The position numbers and the translations under genes are program-made. From assembly GCF_016432865.1 (NCBI RefSeq), contig NC_067403.1, positions 4,650,001-4,714,000 on the forward strand: a stretch of 64,000 bases of DNA, in the 5' to 3' direction. Within the stretch, counting starts at the first letter, position 1, and each line of letters opens with the position of its first letter. This DNA is from Antechinus flavipes. Taxonomy: Eukaryota. Shown here one piece after another: positions 11,816 to 23,007 of the stretch. The notes beneath the pieces were generated by a model that ran no database searches, was not told the DNA's origin, and saw nothing but the letters and a program-made list of their open reading frames with translations.

Positions 11816-13124
11816 TCCTAGAAATGAGCTAGATCCTGCCCTTAAGAAGTTCTGCTTTTATAAGAGAAGCCAAGCTTTCTACATAGAAATGTATGCAAGG
11901 GGAATAAGTCCAAGCTAATTTCTTAGTTTGCTGAGACACAGGGAAGGACATGGTCCAACTCCCACATAACCAGTAAAGGCCTCATGCTAATAAGGGGATT
12001 AGAACAAAGTGGCTAAGTCATTTGCCAAGGTGATAGGATAGTAAAAGGTAGGGCTGCTATGCAAAATCCCTCCTCTCCCCCTATTCCACCACTCTCCCCA
12101 AAGGCCAAAGCACAACAAAACTGGGCTTTCTCTCTACCACTAGCATCTCCTGCTCTAGTCCATGGCAATCTTCTAAGCAGGAGGAAACATTGACATTTCC
12201 TGTGCACCTTCCATATGCTAGCTGGCTCTGGCACATCCCAGTATTTGGGAGAGCTCTGAATTGGTCACCTTTCCTGGCCATTAAATTCGCTTTAAAATGA
12301 TGTAAGCTTATTGAATGTGAACAAAACAAATCCATTGTTGGAAAATCAACTTGAATGAATCCTACTTGAGTTTAAAGAGCCTTTTGTGACAGTAATAGAT
12401 ATGAGAATTATGAAGCAACAAGGGGAAACTGGTGTCCTATTTGAATGCTAATACACACAATACCATCCATGCTCATAGCCTTTCATAACTGTACCGGCAT
12501 GGAGGAGCCTTGGAAATAAATGAGAAGTGCTTGGCTGTAATGGATTTCACAAAAGCAAAGGACATAATTAAGGTAGCAGTGGCACTTGTTATTAACCACT
12601 GCTTTCACAAAACAATAAATCCCCACCCCCTTCAAAGAGACTTCAGTGCAATTTTGCTTGCATATACCCCTCCAATGGCAGGTGGTGGCGAAGAGATACA
12701 ATACACTGTAGAAAGACTCTTGTTTCCATTTGTTTCTTCATACTTTCTTTGGATTATCCTACAGTTTCTAAAATAAAACAAGTAAATTACTGTTACTGTC
12801 AGTGTGGGCCAGAGGCAGTGTAGAAGTTCCTACTTTGACGTTCAGTGCTCTAGAATTGTTTTCTGATTCACTCTGGTCAATGGGCATGTGTTGAATTAAA
12901 GAATAGCTAGTAAAAAGATCAAATTTTGTGCTAATATCTGAAAATATTAAAAGACCAGAATGTTTTCCAGCACTCTGGGTAAACTGTCTTAGAGGGGAAC
13001 GTGGGCAAGAATTACTCAGAATATAAAGGCAGAGATGCATTGGGAATCTATACTAACAGGAGGAGGGTTCTCATTAGAAAGCACTCTAATCTATCAAAGT
13101 AACAAAATAAGCTGGTAAGTTTAA

Positions 13125-13480
13125 TTGGGAAAAACCTTGGATTTGAAGCTAGAAGAACTAATTTTGAATCCCCGCATATAGTCTGTCTTTGTCAAGTCAA
13201 GGTACTTCACTTTACTGAATCTTGATTTCCTTATTCATAAGATGGAGATCATTCTAGATCTCCTACCTAACAGAAAAGCTTCCTGTGCATTCTGAAGTGG
13301 AAAGCATGAGAGAGAGGAAGAAACACTGGGTTTGTGATCAAAGAAGCCAGAGTAAATTCTCACCCTGCTTCTGAATTTACCCTCTCTGAGACTCAGTTTC
13401 CCATTTTCAAAATTAGATAATTGGACTGGATGTCCTCTTCTGAGGTGCCTTCAGTTCTAACTCAAAGATCTTGTGATGCC
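13125..13480 (+). mobile_element. Two consecutive MIR-type core-SINEs
   Basis: CTTGATTTCCTTATTCATAAGATGG and CTCTCTGAGACTCAGTTTCCCATTTTCAAAATTAG cores. Confidence 0.75.
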
Positions 13481-13699
13481 GTAAACATTGTGAAATTCTG
13501 GGTTCTAGTTCTAAGATTTAGAGACTGACTCTCAAGAAAGTTACTTAATGACATACAATCTTCTCACCCATACAATTGTACCATCACTATATGTCCTACC
13601 TGTGTCAAAGAGGTTTTTAGGCGAGTACTCTGAAAATTGTAAAATAAACATAAATGTCTATTTTTTAAAAGTTAAGTTTATTTAGGAATACATTAGAAG

Positions 13700-13915
13700 A
13701 GGAATAATATATCATATATACATATATGTTTTACAAATATAATGTGTGCCTGTATATACAGACATGTACATGCACGTGTGTATAATTGTATGTGTACATG
13801 CATATATACATAATATATTTGTGTATATAGCATATATTATAGTATATACATGAGGGGATATATATGTGACATATATCATATACGTCTATGTGTATACATG
13901 TATATGTATATATGA
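13700..13915. repeat. (TA/TG/CA)-rich low-complexity tract
   Basis: Direct read; explains the YI-rich ORF 13731..14012. Confidence 0.9.
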
Positions 13916-14354
13916 CAAAATGGGTTTTCTCTGACCACTTATTTTGTGGATGAGAAAACATGTCCAAAGTTATGGAGGTGGAAAAAACAGGCCATTTAAC
14001 TGGGAGACCCAATATTATTTTTCCTGTATTAAACTAATCTTAACAAGAAGTTCTATAAAGCCAGAGTCATATTCAAGGCTTTATTTTACAGTGGATGATT
14101 TTTTAAAATAAATATGCCATACACAAATATATCAATTTCTTAGGGCAATTAAGAGAGTCAAGGAAATTGGAGGTCTTAAAGTAAATCTTATCATCAACAT
14201 TGCCACGATAATAGGCATCGAGCAGTGTAACTGGCACATAGAAACTGGGCAAAAAATAATTATCTCAAGAGTTATGTTTTGTCTGATTTACAAGTATTTA
14301 AATTTAATTAATTTAATTTAAGAGTTGGAAGAGTCCTCAGAGATTATCAGTGTT

Positions 14355-16560
14355 AGAACGGAGCTCTTCTCTTTAAGATGTCCTGTGATAGGGGTGAAAC
14401 AAGGATGCCTATTATCACCCCAATTATTCAACATTATACTAGGAATGTTGACTTTGGAAATAAGAAAAGAAAAAAGAAATTAAAGGAATTAAAATAGGCA
14501 ATGAGAAAATAAAACTATCACTTTTCGCATTTGATATGATGATACTATGATGATGAGAATCCTAGAAAATCATTCAAAAACTTACTGAAAACAATACATA
14601 GCTTTAGTAAAGCTTCAGGATAGACAAATCATGAGCATTTTGATATATTACTGAAAAAGCCCATCAGCAAGAAATGGACAATAAATTTCATTTAAAATTA
14701 CTGTAGACAAAATCAAATATCTGGGGCTCTACCAGCCAAAACAAACTTAAGAATTGTATGAACACAATTAAAAAACACTTCTCACACAAATAAAGTTGGA
14801 TCTCGACAACTGGAAAATGTCAATTGTTTACGGCAGGGCCAAGCTAATATAATAAAAATAACAATTCTGCCTAAATTGGTCTACTTCTCTTACCAATAAA
14901 ACCACTAAAATATTATTTTATAGAACTAGAAAAACAAGTTTAAAATTCATCTGAAATATCCAAAGGTCAAGAATANNNNNNNNNNNNNNNNNNNNNNNNN
15001 NNNNNNNNNNNNNNNNNNNNNNNNNNNNNNNNNNNNNNNNNNNNNNNNNNNNNNNNNNNNNNNNNNNNNNNNNNNNNNNNNNNNNNNNNNNNNNNNNNNN
15101 NNNNNAACAGTACCAAACCTAAAACGACATTAGAAACAGCAGTAATTAAAACCATTTGGTCCTAAGAAGTACAGAGGTGGATCACTGGAATAGATGACAC
15201 GTATATGACACAACAATCAAGGCCCATAGCAATCTAGGAATTGATAAACCCACAAACTCCAGCTTCTGGAATAAGAACTTGTTATTTGACAAAAATTGCT
15301 GGGAAAACTGGAAAATAATAGGTCAAAAACTTGGCATAGACCTACGTCTCACACCCCATACCAAAATAAGGTCAAAATGGGTATACCATTTGGGCATAAA
15401 GGATGCTACCATAAACAAATTTGGAGAACAAAGGATAATTTACCTATCAGATCTTTGGAGAAGGAAGGAATTTATGACCAAAGAAGAACTATACAACATT
15501 ATGAAAGGTAAAATGAATAACTTTGATTACATTAAATTAAAAAGGGTTAGCACAAACAAAACCAATAGAAATAAGATTAAAAGAGAAGTAGAAAACTGGG
15601 GAAAATCTTTATAGCCAGTGTTTCTGATAAAAGTTTCATTTCTAAAATATATAAAAATGGTGTCAAATCTATAAGAATACAAGTCATTTCCCAATTGATA
15701 AATGGTCAAAGGATATGAATAGAAATGTTCATATGATGAAATTAAAGTCATCTATAGTTGTATGGAAAATTGCTCTAAATCATTATTGATTAAAAATGCA
15801 AATTAAAACAACTTTGAGGTGTCACTTCACACCTCCTCCGATTGCCTAAGGTGACAGGAAAACATAATGATAAATGGAGGAGGGAATGTGGGAAAACTGG
15901 GCAATAATACATTGTTGGTGGAATTGTGAAATGATCAAAATACTCTGGAGAGCAATCTGGAATTATGCCCAAAGGATGATAAAACTATATTTCACCCAGC
16001 AATGCTACTAATGGGCCTGTATTCCAAGGAAATCATAAAGGAGGGAAAAAGAACCCTCATGTGCAAAAATGTTTGTGACAGCTCTTTTTGTGATATCAAA
16101 GAATTGGAAAATGAGTAAATGTCCATCAAGTGAGGAACTATTGAAGAAGTTGTGGTATATGAAGGTAATGGAAAATTATCATTTTATAAAAATAATGAAC
16201 AAGCTGATTTTAGAAATATCTGTAACGATTTACATGAACTGATTTTGAGTGAAGCAAGCAGAACCAGGAATAGACATTGTAGGCAATACAGCAAGAATGT
16301 GCAATGATCAACTATGAAAGGCTTGGTTCTCAGTGGTTCTGTGATCCAAAGCAATCCTGATAGAATGGACAGAAAATGCCTTCATCCACAAAAAGAACTA
16401 AGGAGACTGGGTGTAAATCAACCCATGCTATATTCCCTTCTTTTTTCTGTTTCTTTTTTATTTCTCCCAATTTTTTTTTCCTTTTTGCTCTAATTTTTCT
16501 TTCTCTACACAACTCATAAAGCAATGTATGTTAAACATTCTAATATTTAAAAAAAAAAGA
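14355..16560 (+). mobile_element. 5'-truncated LINE-1, ORF2 from the RT domain to the poly(A) tail; pseudogenised
   Basis: GGGGTGAAACAAGGATGCCTATTATCACCCCAATTATTCAAC encodes GVKQGCLLSPQLFN (L1 RT); CTTTTCGCATTTGATATGATG is a decayed FADD motif; ORF 15279..15614 (LFDKNCWENWK...LTPHTKIRSKW) is L1 ORF2; A-tail at about 16548-16560. Confidence 0.95.
14976..15105. other. Assembly gap (130 N) inside the L1
   Basis: Run of N; L1 ORF2 sequence on both sides. Confidence 1.
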
Positions 16561-17029
16561 ACAAGACAGCACACAAAACTTAAACTATTAGAAAGTTCTC
16601 AAAATAAACAAACAATATGGACAAACAGTACTCAAAGGAAAAAATTCAAACTATTAACAGCCATATGAAAGAATCTTCTAAATCACTGATAATGAGAAAT
16701 ATAAACACATAACCAATCAATTGGCATACACCATGTAAATCTGGAATGGGCAATATTGAAGGGATTATGAAGATATAGGGCTACTAATGCACTATTGGTG
16801 AAGCAGCAGATTACTATCATCATTTGGAAACAGTTTGGATTTATATCATAAAAGTTAATAAAATGTCCATACCCTTGGACACAGAGATTCTACTGTTGGT
16901 GTATTCTCCAAAGACATTATAGGCAACAACAACAAAACAAAAAGAAACAACATACAGATAGATACAATGCAGAAAAAAAGAGAAACACATGATTTATTGC
17001 AGAGTGAAATAAGTAGAAAGAACCCGGAG

Positions 17030-17060
<31 letters not shown>

Positions 17061-17100
17061 GAATAAGAGAACTATCAAAATTGAATCTTTGGAAATTATA
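16560..17100 (+). mobile_element. Older LINE-1 ORF2 3' fragment
   Basis: AAACAATATGGACAAACAGTACTCAAAGG...GCACTATTGGTGAAGCAGCAG...CATTTGGAAACAGTTTGG. Confidence 0.75.
17032..17058. repeat. (AT)n microsatellite
   Basis: Direct read of the sequence. Confidence 0.95.
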
Positions 17101-17494
17101 ATTATAATGTGAGGGAAGGAGGGGTTAACGTACATCTATACTACCTACCATGGCACCACCCACAAGAAAGACCCTAAAAAACTGTTTCTGTGAGTCTGAG
17201 GGACAAAAAAAATGCATGTACATTCTGCATCCACATACCATATTGTTGGGAGCAGTCTTTGTCCACTGATTGTGTCACTGCAATTGACCACCTGAGTCTT
17301 CAAAATTACCTGACTCATTTACCCCATACCTTGTCTTTGAGAGAAAAAAAAAGGTGACTTTTATTCTCATTATGCAATAATGAGGGAGGGACTTCTACAT
17401 GAGGCTATGTGGTTCTAATAAAATGTGCCAAGGTGTTCAGCCTTTAAAAAATGTCCTTTGCTTGAGACCCCACATGGAGTGGTGAGTGGAGAAG

Positions 17495-17700
17495 CAGAGA
17501 GAGCAATGGGCCTGGAATCAAAAAGATGATTCAAATTCAACCTCAAAAATTCACTTACTAGCTTACTATGTGACCTTGAGGTAATCTTTTAACCTATTTG
17601 ATTCACTTGGTTCAACAGTAAAATGGGAAAAATGAGAGCAACTATCTCATAAAGTCTCCCTAAGAAGCAAATAAAATAATAGACCACCTAACACATACAT
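17495..17700 (+). mobile_element. MIR-type core-SINE
   Basis: GGCCTGGAATCAAAAAGATGATTCAAATTC...TGTGACCTTGAGG...GTAAAATGGG. Confidence 0.8.
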
Positions 17701-18329
17701 ATATGGATATAATGTCATGTTATTATTAATATAATTCATATACTATATGTATATATATTATATATAAGCATTTTTAAAACCTTAAAAAACCATTTAAAGG
17801 CTCACCACCATTTGTATTACTACCATCTAATCCAATCTCCTCATTTTACAAATGAAGGAGTATTAAGTACATATTATCTCTCAGGCATATGTTTCCAAAT
17901 CTTAAAGTACTCTATAACACAATAGAATTCTTAGCTATGATTTCTATTATATTCTAAGCAGCACAATGATAGAAAAAAGCTGAAAGCATAACAGGTGCTT
18001 ATTGATTGGGGAACAGCCAAACAAATTGTGGTTTTGACTGTAACAGAATTTATTGAATTATCTGAAACACTAAATGTATGGAATGCAGGAGAACTTGGCA
18101 AGGCTTGTTGAAAATATAAAGAACAAAGAAAGGCGCTTCAGGAGAATAATACAAAGAGCATCTCTGAGAAGAGAAATGAAAATAGTGCTCGATGGCAGAC
18201 AGACTCAGAACAAATCCATGAACCAATTTTGATTCGGGAGGAATAATTCTTCTGTCCTCAGTAGAGACATGTGTTACCACATGTTGGCAATGTAGCCTGT
18301 ACTCTCAGATGCCACCAATGCCAATCAAT

Positions 18330-18570
18330 CAGTAAGCATTGTGCTCTCAATCTTTCTTAACTCTGGTACCTTTCCCTATTAATTATTCCCCATCTATTCT
18401 GTAAATATATATGGCTTGCTTTCCATACATTGCCTTGCATGTGGCCTGGCCCATTAGATTATAAACTCCTTGAGGACAGAGATTATCTTTTGCCTCTTTG
18501 TGTAGCCCTGGTGCTTAGCAGAGTGCCCGGCACTTGGTAAGCACTTAATCAATGTGTGCTGATTGATTAC
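18330..18570 (+). mobile_element. LINE-2 3' end
   Basis: CCATTAGATTATAAACTCCTTGAGGACAGAGATT...GTGCTTAGCAGAGTGCCCGGCAC...TTAATCAATG...GATTGATT. Confidence 0.9.
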
Positions 18571-18987
18571 TATGTCTCCTGTACACTACTAAGCTCTGAA
18601 TATACAAAGAAGGGCAAAAACATAGTCAATGCCCTTCACATTCTAATGGAGAAATGACATGGTAGCAACCATGTACGTAGACCACATATACAAGTTTCAG
18701 TGGGAGGAAATTTCAGAGGGAATGAATTTAGCCAAAAAGGGAGGAAAGACTGGGAAATTGGGTTTTGCTAAATTGTTTTCATTTGTTATTATTTTCACAA
18801 GATAGGGCTAGAGGACATGTGGGTAGATATAAAGAAAATCAACTGTGAGGGAAACAATTGAAAAGAATCAATAAAAACAATTTTTAAAGAGGTAAAACTA
18901 CCACGTTTCTACCTATTACTTTTCTACCAAGTATCTACCTATTGCTCCAATCCTTTAAGTACTTAAGGCAGCTATCATATTTCCAGG

Positions 18988-19380
18988 GGCATCAAGGTGA
19001 CCAGTGGACCAGAGGCCAGGGGAACCTGAGTTCAAATGAGATCTCTGACACTCACTAGCTGTGTGACCCTTTGCAAGTCAATGGTAAAGTAGACAGAGGT
19101 TTGGCTTTGGAGTCAGGAGGGATCTGAGTTTAAATCTGGTCTCAGACACTTAATACTAACTGCATGATCCTGGGCAAGTCACCTAAGTTCAATTGCCTCA
19201 CACACAAAAAAATCTATCCATTTAACAGTGTGCCTTAATTTCCTCCTCTGTAAAATAAATTAAAGAGAGAAATGGCAAACCAATTCACTATCTTTGCCAA
19301 GAAAACTCCCAAAAGGGATCATGAAAAATCAGACATGACTAAAAGAACAAATGATTTTGGTTGTTACCAACACCACCGCA
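18988..19380 (+). mobile_element. Mar1-type SINE with a second tRNA-derived SINE (about 19080-19212) nested inside
   Basis: First head ends at GTGTGACCCTTTGCAAGTCA; second head GGAGTCAGGAGGGATCTGAGTTTAAAT ends in an A-tail; host resumes with CCTTAATTTCCTCCTCTGTAAAAT and TCTTTGCCAAGAAAACTCCC. Confidence 0.8.
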
Positions 19381-20279
19381 ATAACAACAATTTGACCAGA
19401 ATCATTTTTCCCTTCGAATTTGGTCTGGCTGAGCTTTCCTCTGCTTTGTTATTTCAGAAGTAAAATGTTCATAGGATATGAGCATAGACACATGATTTGA
19501 TTTGAAAGTCCCCTAGAACTCATCTAATTTAAACTGGTCCTGTTATGGATGAAAAAATTGACAGTCCAGAAGGAAAAGTGACTTGGCTAGAATGAATGGG
19601 TGATTCGGTAGCAGAGCTACCATTTGGAATTCTTCTTTGTACCACTAGTTCAATCCAATGGAAATATTTCTTAGACTTCTTTATTAACATTTAATGGCCT
19701 ACAATTGAAAAAAAAATAGATTCCCCTTTGAACATCTGCTATAGAACACAATGTTCATTGAAGCAAGAACAGCCTCAAACTCAACGCCATCTAAGTAGGG
19801 AACTAAATACTGAAATCTAATATGGATAGAGTTTCCATTTTTAAGATTTTAAATCTTTCATTTGGCAACCTCCACGTTCATTAACATCAACTTGTAAATG
19901 CAATTCAAACCACAAATTATATTTGCAAATAGGAATTGTGGATTCTCCTCTCACTTTTAAACACACATTTAAAGTATAGCATTAAGTTTTCATAGAAGAC
20001 AGTTTTAAACTGAGCAAAGTGAGATTCGAGAAAGAAAACTCCTCTCTTTTAGGATCAATTTCAAGACAAAGACAAACTAGAAGTGTCCACACTGGCAGCA
20101 AGTGAAAGAGCATCTGGTGAAAGGAATAGAGGAAGTTACCAGGGATAGAATAAAATCTGAATGCCCAAACTCCTCTACTGGGGGACGGGGAAATAATTTG
20201 TGTTATAATCAGTCCAGATTTGATTTGATGAACTGAGGCTGGGAGGGGACTTAGTAATTTGAGGCATAAAGTGGTGATG

Positions 20280-20460
20280 AAATTGTCAAATGACCCCTGA
20301 GCTATGCCAGCTGATTGAACATGTGACCTTAGGCAAGTCACTTGCCATCATGAACCACGTTTTCCTATCTCAAAAGTGATGTTAATAACATATTTCCCTG
20401 GATAATGTTTACAAAGTGCTTTGAGATACTTGGATGAAAGGCCCAATTTAAATGTAAAGT
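20280..20460 (+). mobile_element. MIR-type core-SINE
   Basis: TGTGACCTTAGGCAAGTCACTT...TTTACAAAGTGCTTTG. Confidence 0.85.
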
Positions 20461-22028
20461 AGTGTTATTATTCAAATCCCTCCTCTGCTAAGTCTTTTGC
20501 AGCAGGTGTATTAAAGGAGCCTGAACATATAAGGAAGAAATGAAAATTGGCTCTTTCAGTGATGGAAATCTGGTTATTCAGATTCTGCCACTCCAAAGCA
20601 GGGAGAAGGGCTGCTTATTAACTATTTCCAAACAGATGACAGCATATACGAATCCTCAAGTGGAGCGAGACCAATCCGTCCTCTTCCCATATTGTTGGAG
20701 CAAGAAGCTGACATAAAAATAAAGCAATGGAAAATCTGACTATAATCCTGCTCAAAACAGCTGCCATTAGCATGCTGTTGTGATGACTTGAACCTCTGTT
20801 CAACTCTTGCATCTAAAAAATTAATAGGTTCCTGTTTTCTCTTCTGTAATCTATAATTATCAACATACATGGATCCACCTCCCATCTATCCCCCTCTCAG
20901 ATTTTTTTCTTGGTATAACAATTTGGAACCAGTCACCTTGATACTGTTCTTTCATTTGTTTTGAAACAATGGTAACTCAGCAAATGAAATTGTGTAGCAT
21001 AGAAATTACCTCTGTGAGTGGCTTTCTGAAAAAAAAAAAAAACTGCTGGAATAATTATCACTGAAATCATTGTGATCTGACTAACCCCTGAAACAGCCTG
21101 ACATTCATTGCTGGCGACTAATTACTGTACATACGGCCCATGCTTTAATTGCAGGATGTAGGAGGTACTGTCTCCAAAAGCACCACATTACAAGGGGGAC
21201 ATGATCCGTAATCGTCAAGATCATTAAATTTGCAACCCAGAATGAGTTAGCTGGGGGGACCGGTGACATTTGTCAAAATGAGTCTGTGCATTTGGTGGAG
21301 GGCAGTAAGCCAGGACCAATAGAGGATTCTAATGAAGCTCCTGGAATGAGTGCTTTTAATTATTTATTGTGAGGAAGGTATGGAAGTTATAGGCTCTCTC
21401 CAGAGAAAGGGCAAGTTCTAAGCAGGATACATCAAACCCCAGAGTGAATTCAAATCAATGTCTGAGATGAATCCAGCCCAACGGTTTGGGGCTCGTCTTC
21501 AAGCCACACAAAATAAAAGCTGCTGGAGACTGACTTCTACTGGTAAAATTAGAGAAAGGATGAAGAACTAGGAAAGAACTTGATAGTGGAGGTCTGCGTC
21601 TGCTGTCTGTCCTTAGCAAATTTCTCTCACAACCTGGTTTCTCTTCTGTAAAATAAGACAGTTAGACTGCTGGCTCTCCTCCTCTTTGACTCATTGGCTG
21701 ATGTTTGATGGCTCTCTTACTCTTGGATCCATATCATATGTCCTTATTGGGAGAGGAAGGAAACCTCTTCACAAATCTGGGTCAATATAAATTCACATTG
21801 TATGTATGTTTCCTAAATGGCCTATTGCTGCAGTGACACCTGTGATCCTAGGGGCAACCTTTTCTCTAAGTACATGGTCCTAGATTGAAGTGGACCAAAT
21901 TAATTACTAGGGAGTCTGACTCCAGTCTGGCAAAGTCAGACTTTTCTCACTCATTTTTCCTCCCTTCACAGATCTAACAAAAATGGTGGTATGAGTTAAA
22001 CCTAAGATATTCTCTAAAAAGTATTTGA

Positions 22029-22081
22029 AGAGTTTCTTCTAGGAAAAGCACTCAATGTGTGCTTTTCCTAGGAGAAACTCT
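22029..22081. repeat. 23-bp inverted repeat with 7-nt loop (22 Watson-Crick pairs, 1 G-T)
   Basis: AGAGTTTCTTCTAGGAAAAGCAC-TCAATGT-GTGCTTTTCCTAGGAGAAACTCT, paired base by base. Confidence 0.95.
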
Positions 22082-22972
22082 CTATCACTCAATGTACAAT
22101 GTAGATAACATGTATATGATAATTAACTGTTTCTTCCACTATAAAACAAATGCCTCTTTTTTAATTCAGGATCTCCTCATTTTGCTTAGAGTGAACATAT
22201 AGGGGATACCTATGTGCCCAAGGCTCTAATGATAGTAGGGGAATTTTGACCTGGTCTATTTATTAATTGGGCCATTTTGTCCCTCCTTAGGCAACCTAGT
22301 ACCCTCACTCCTTCACCATCCCTTACTCCTCCCTAAGGCTCATTATATTAAAACCAAACAGTGTGGATATCTAATCCCCAAAGTCTGTGCGCTGCTTTTA
22401 CTTATTCACTTTGCATCTGTTCAAGTAAATCTTACTAGTTGGTTTTTTTTGTTTGTTTGTTTGATTGTTTTTCTGAAAACATCCTTATGATCTCTTTGGG
22501 ATACAAACCTAGTAGTGCTATTGCTGGATCAAATGGTGTGTACAATTTAGTTACCTTTTGGGCATAGTTCCAAATTGCTTTCCACAACAGTTGGTCAGGT
22601 CACAAATCCACCAATAATGCATTAGTGTTCCAATTTTTCCCACATCCCCCCAAAATTTGTCATTTTCCTTTTCTCTCATATCAGCCAATCTGAAAGATAT
22701 GAGATAGAATCTCAGAATTGTTTCAATTTGCATTTCTCTAATCAGTAGTGATAGAACTTTTTAAATCATTATAAATAGCTTTGATTTCATTGTCTGAAAA
22801 CTATCTAGTTCTATCCTTTGATCACTTATCAAAGAATGGGCTCATATTCTTAGAACTTTATCTAACATATTTGAAAAATGAGACCTTTATTAGAGCAACT
22901 TGCAGAAAAATATTCTTAAAATTTTCAGCTTTTTTTCTAATCTTGGATGTATTTGTTTTTGTTTGTGGAAAG

Positions 22973-22976
<4 letters not shown>

Positions 22977-23004
<28 letters not shown>
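22977..23004. repeat. (AT)n microsatellite
   Basis: Direct read of the sequence. Confidence 0.95.

Positions 23005-23007
<3 letters not shown>

Noticed and set aside
12483-13040. Overlapping ORFs on both strands in unique sequence, and a CAGGTGGTGGCG CTCF-like motif
   Set aside because: No recognisable protein or supported splice structure; the motif does not fit the CTCF core spacing.
14976-15105. N-run as a biological feature
   Set aside because: Assembly gap within an L1; the true length is unknown.
17366-17384. CTCATTAT-GCA-ATAATGAG palindrome containing a C/EBP-like TTATGCAAT
   Set aside because: An 8-bp arm palindrome is expected by chance in 64 kb of AT-rich DNA.
21972-21988. Plus-strand 17-nt microexon-like signal (TTCACAG|ATCTAACAAAAATGGTG|GTATGA)
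   Set aside because: Moderate donor, not frame-preserving and no other support; kept only as a measure of background.
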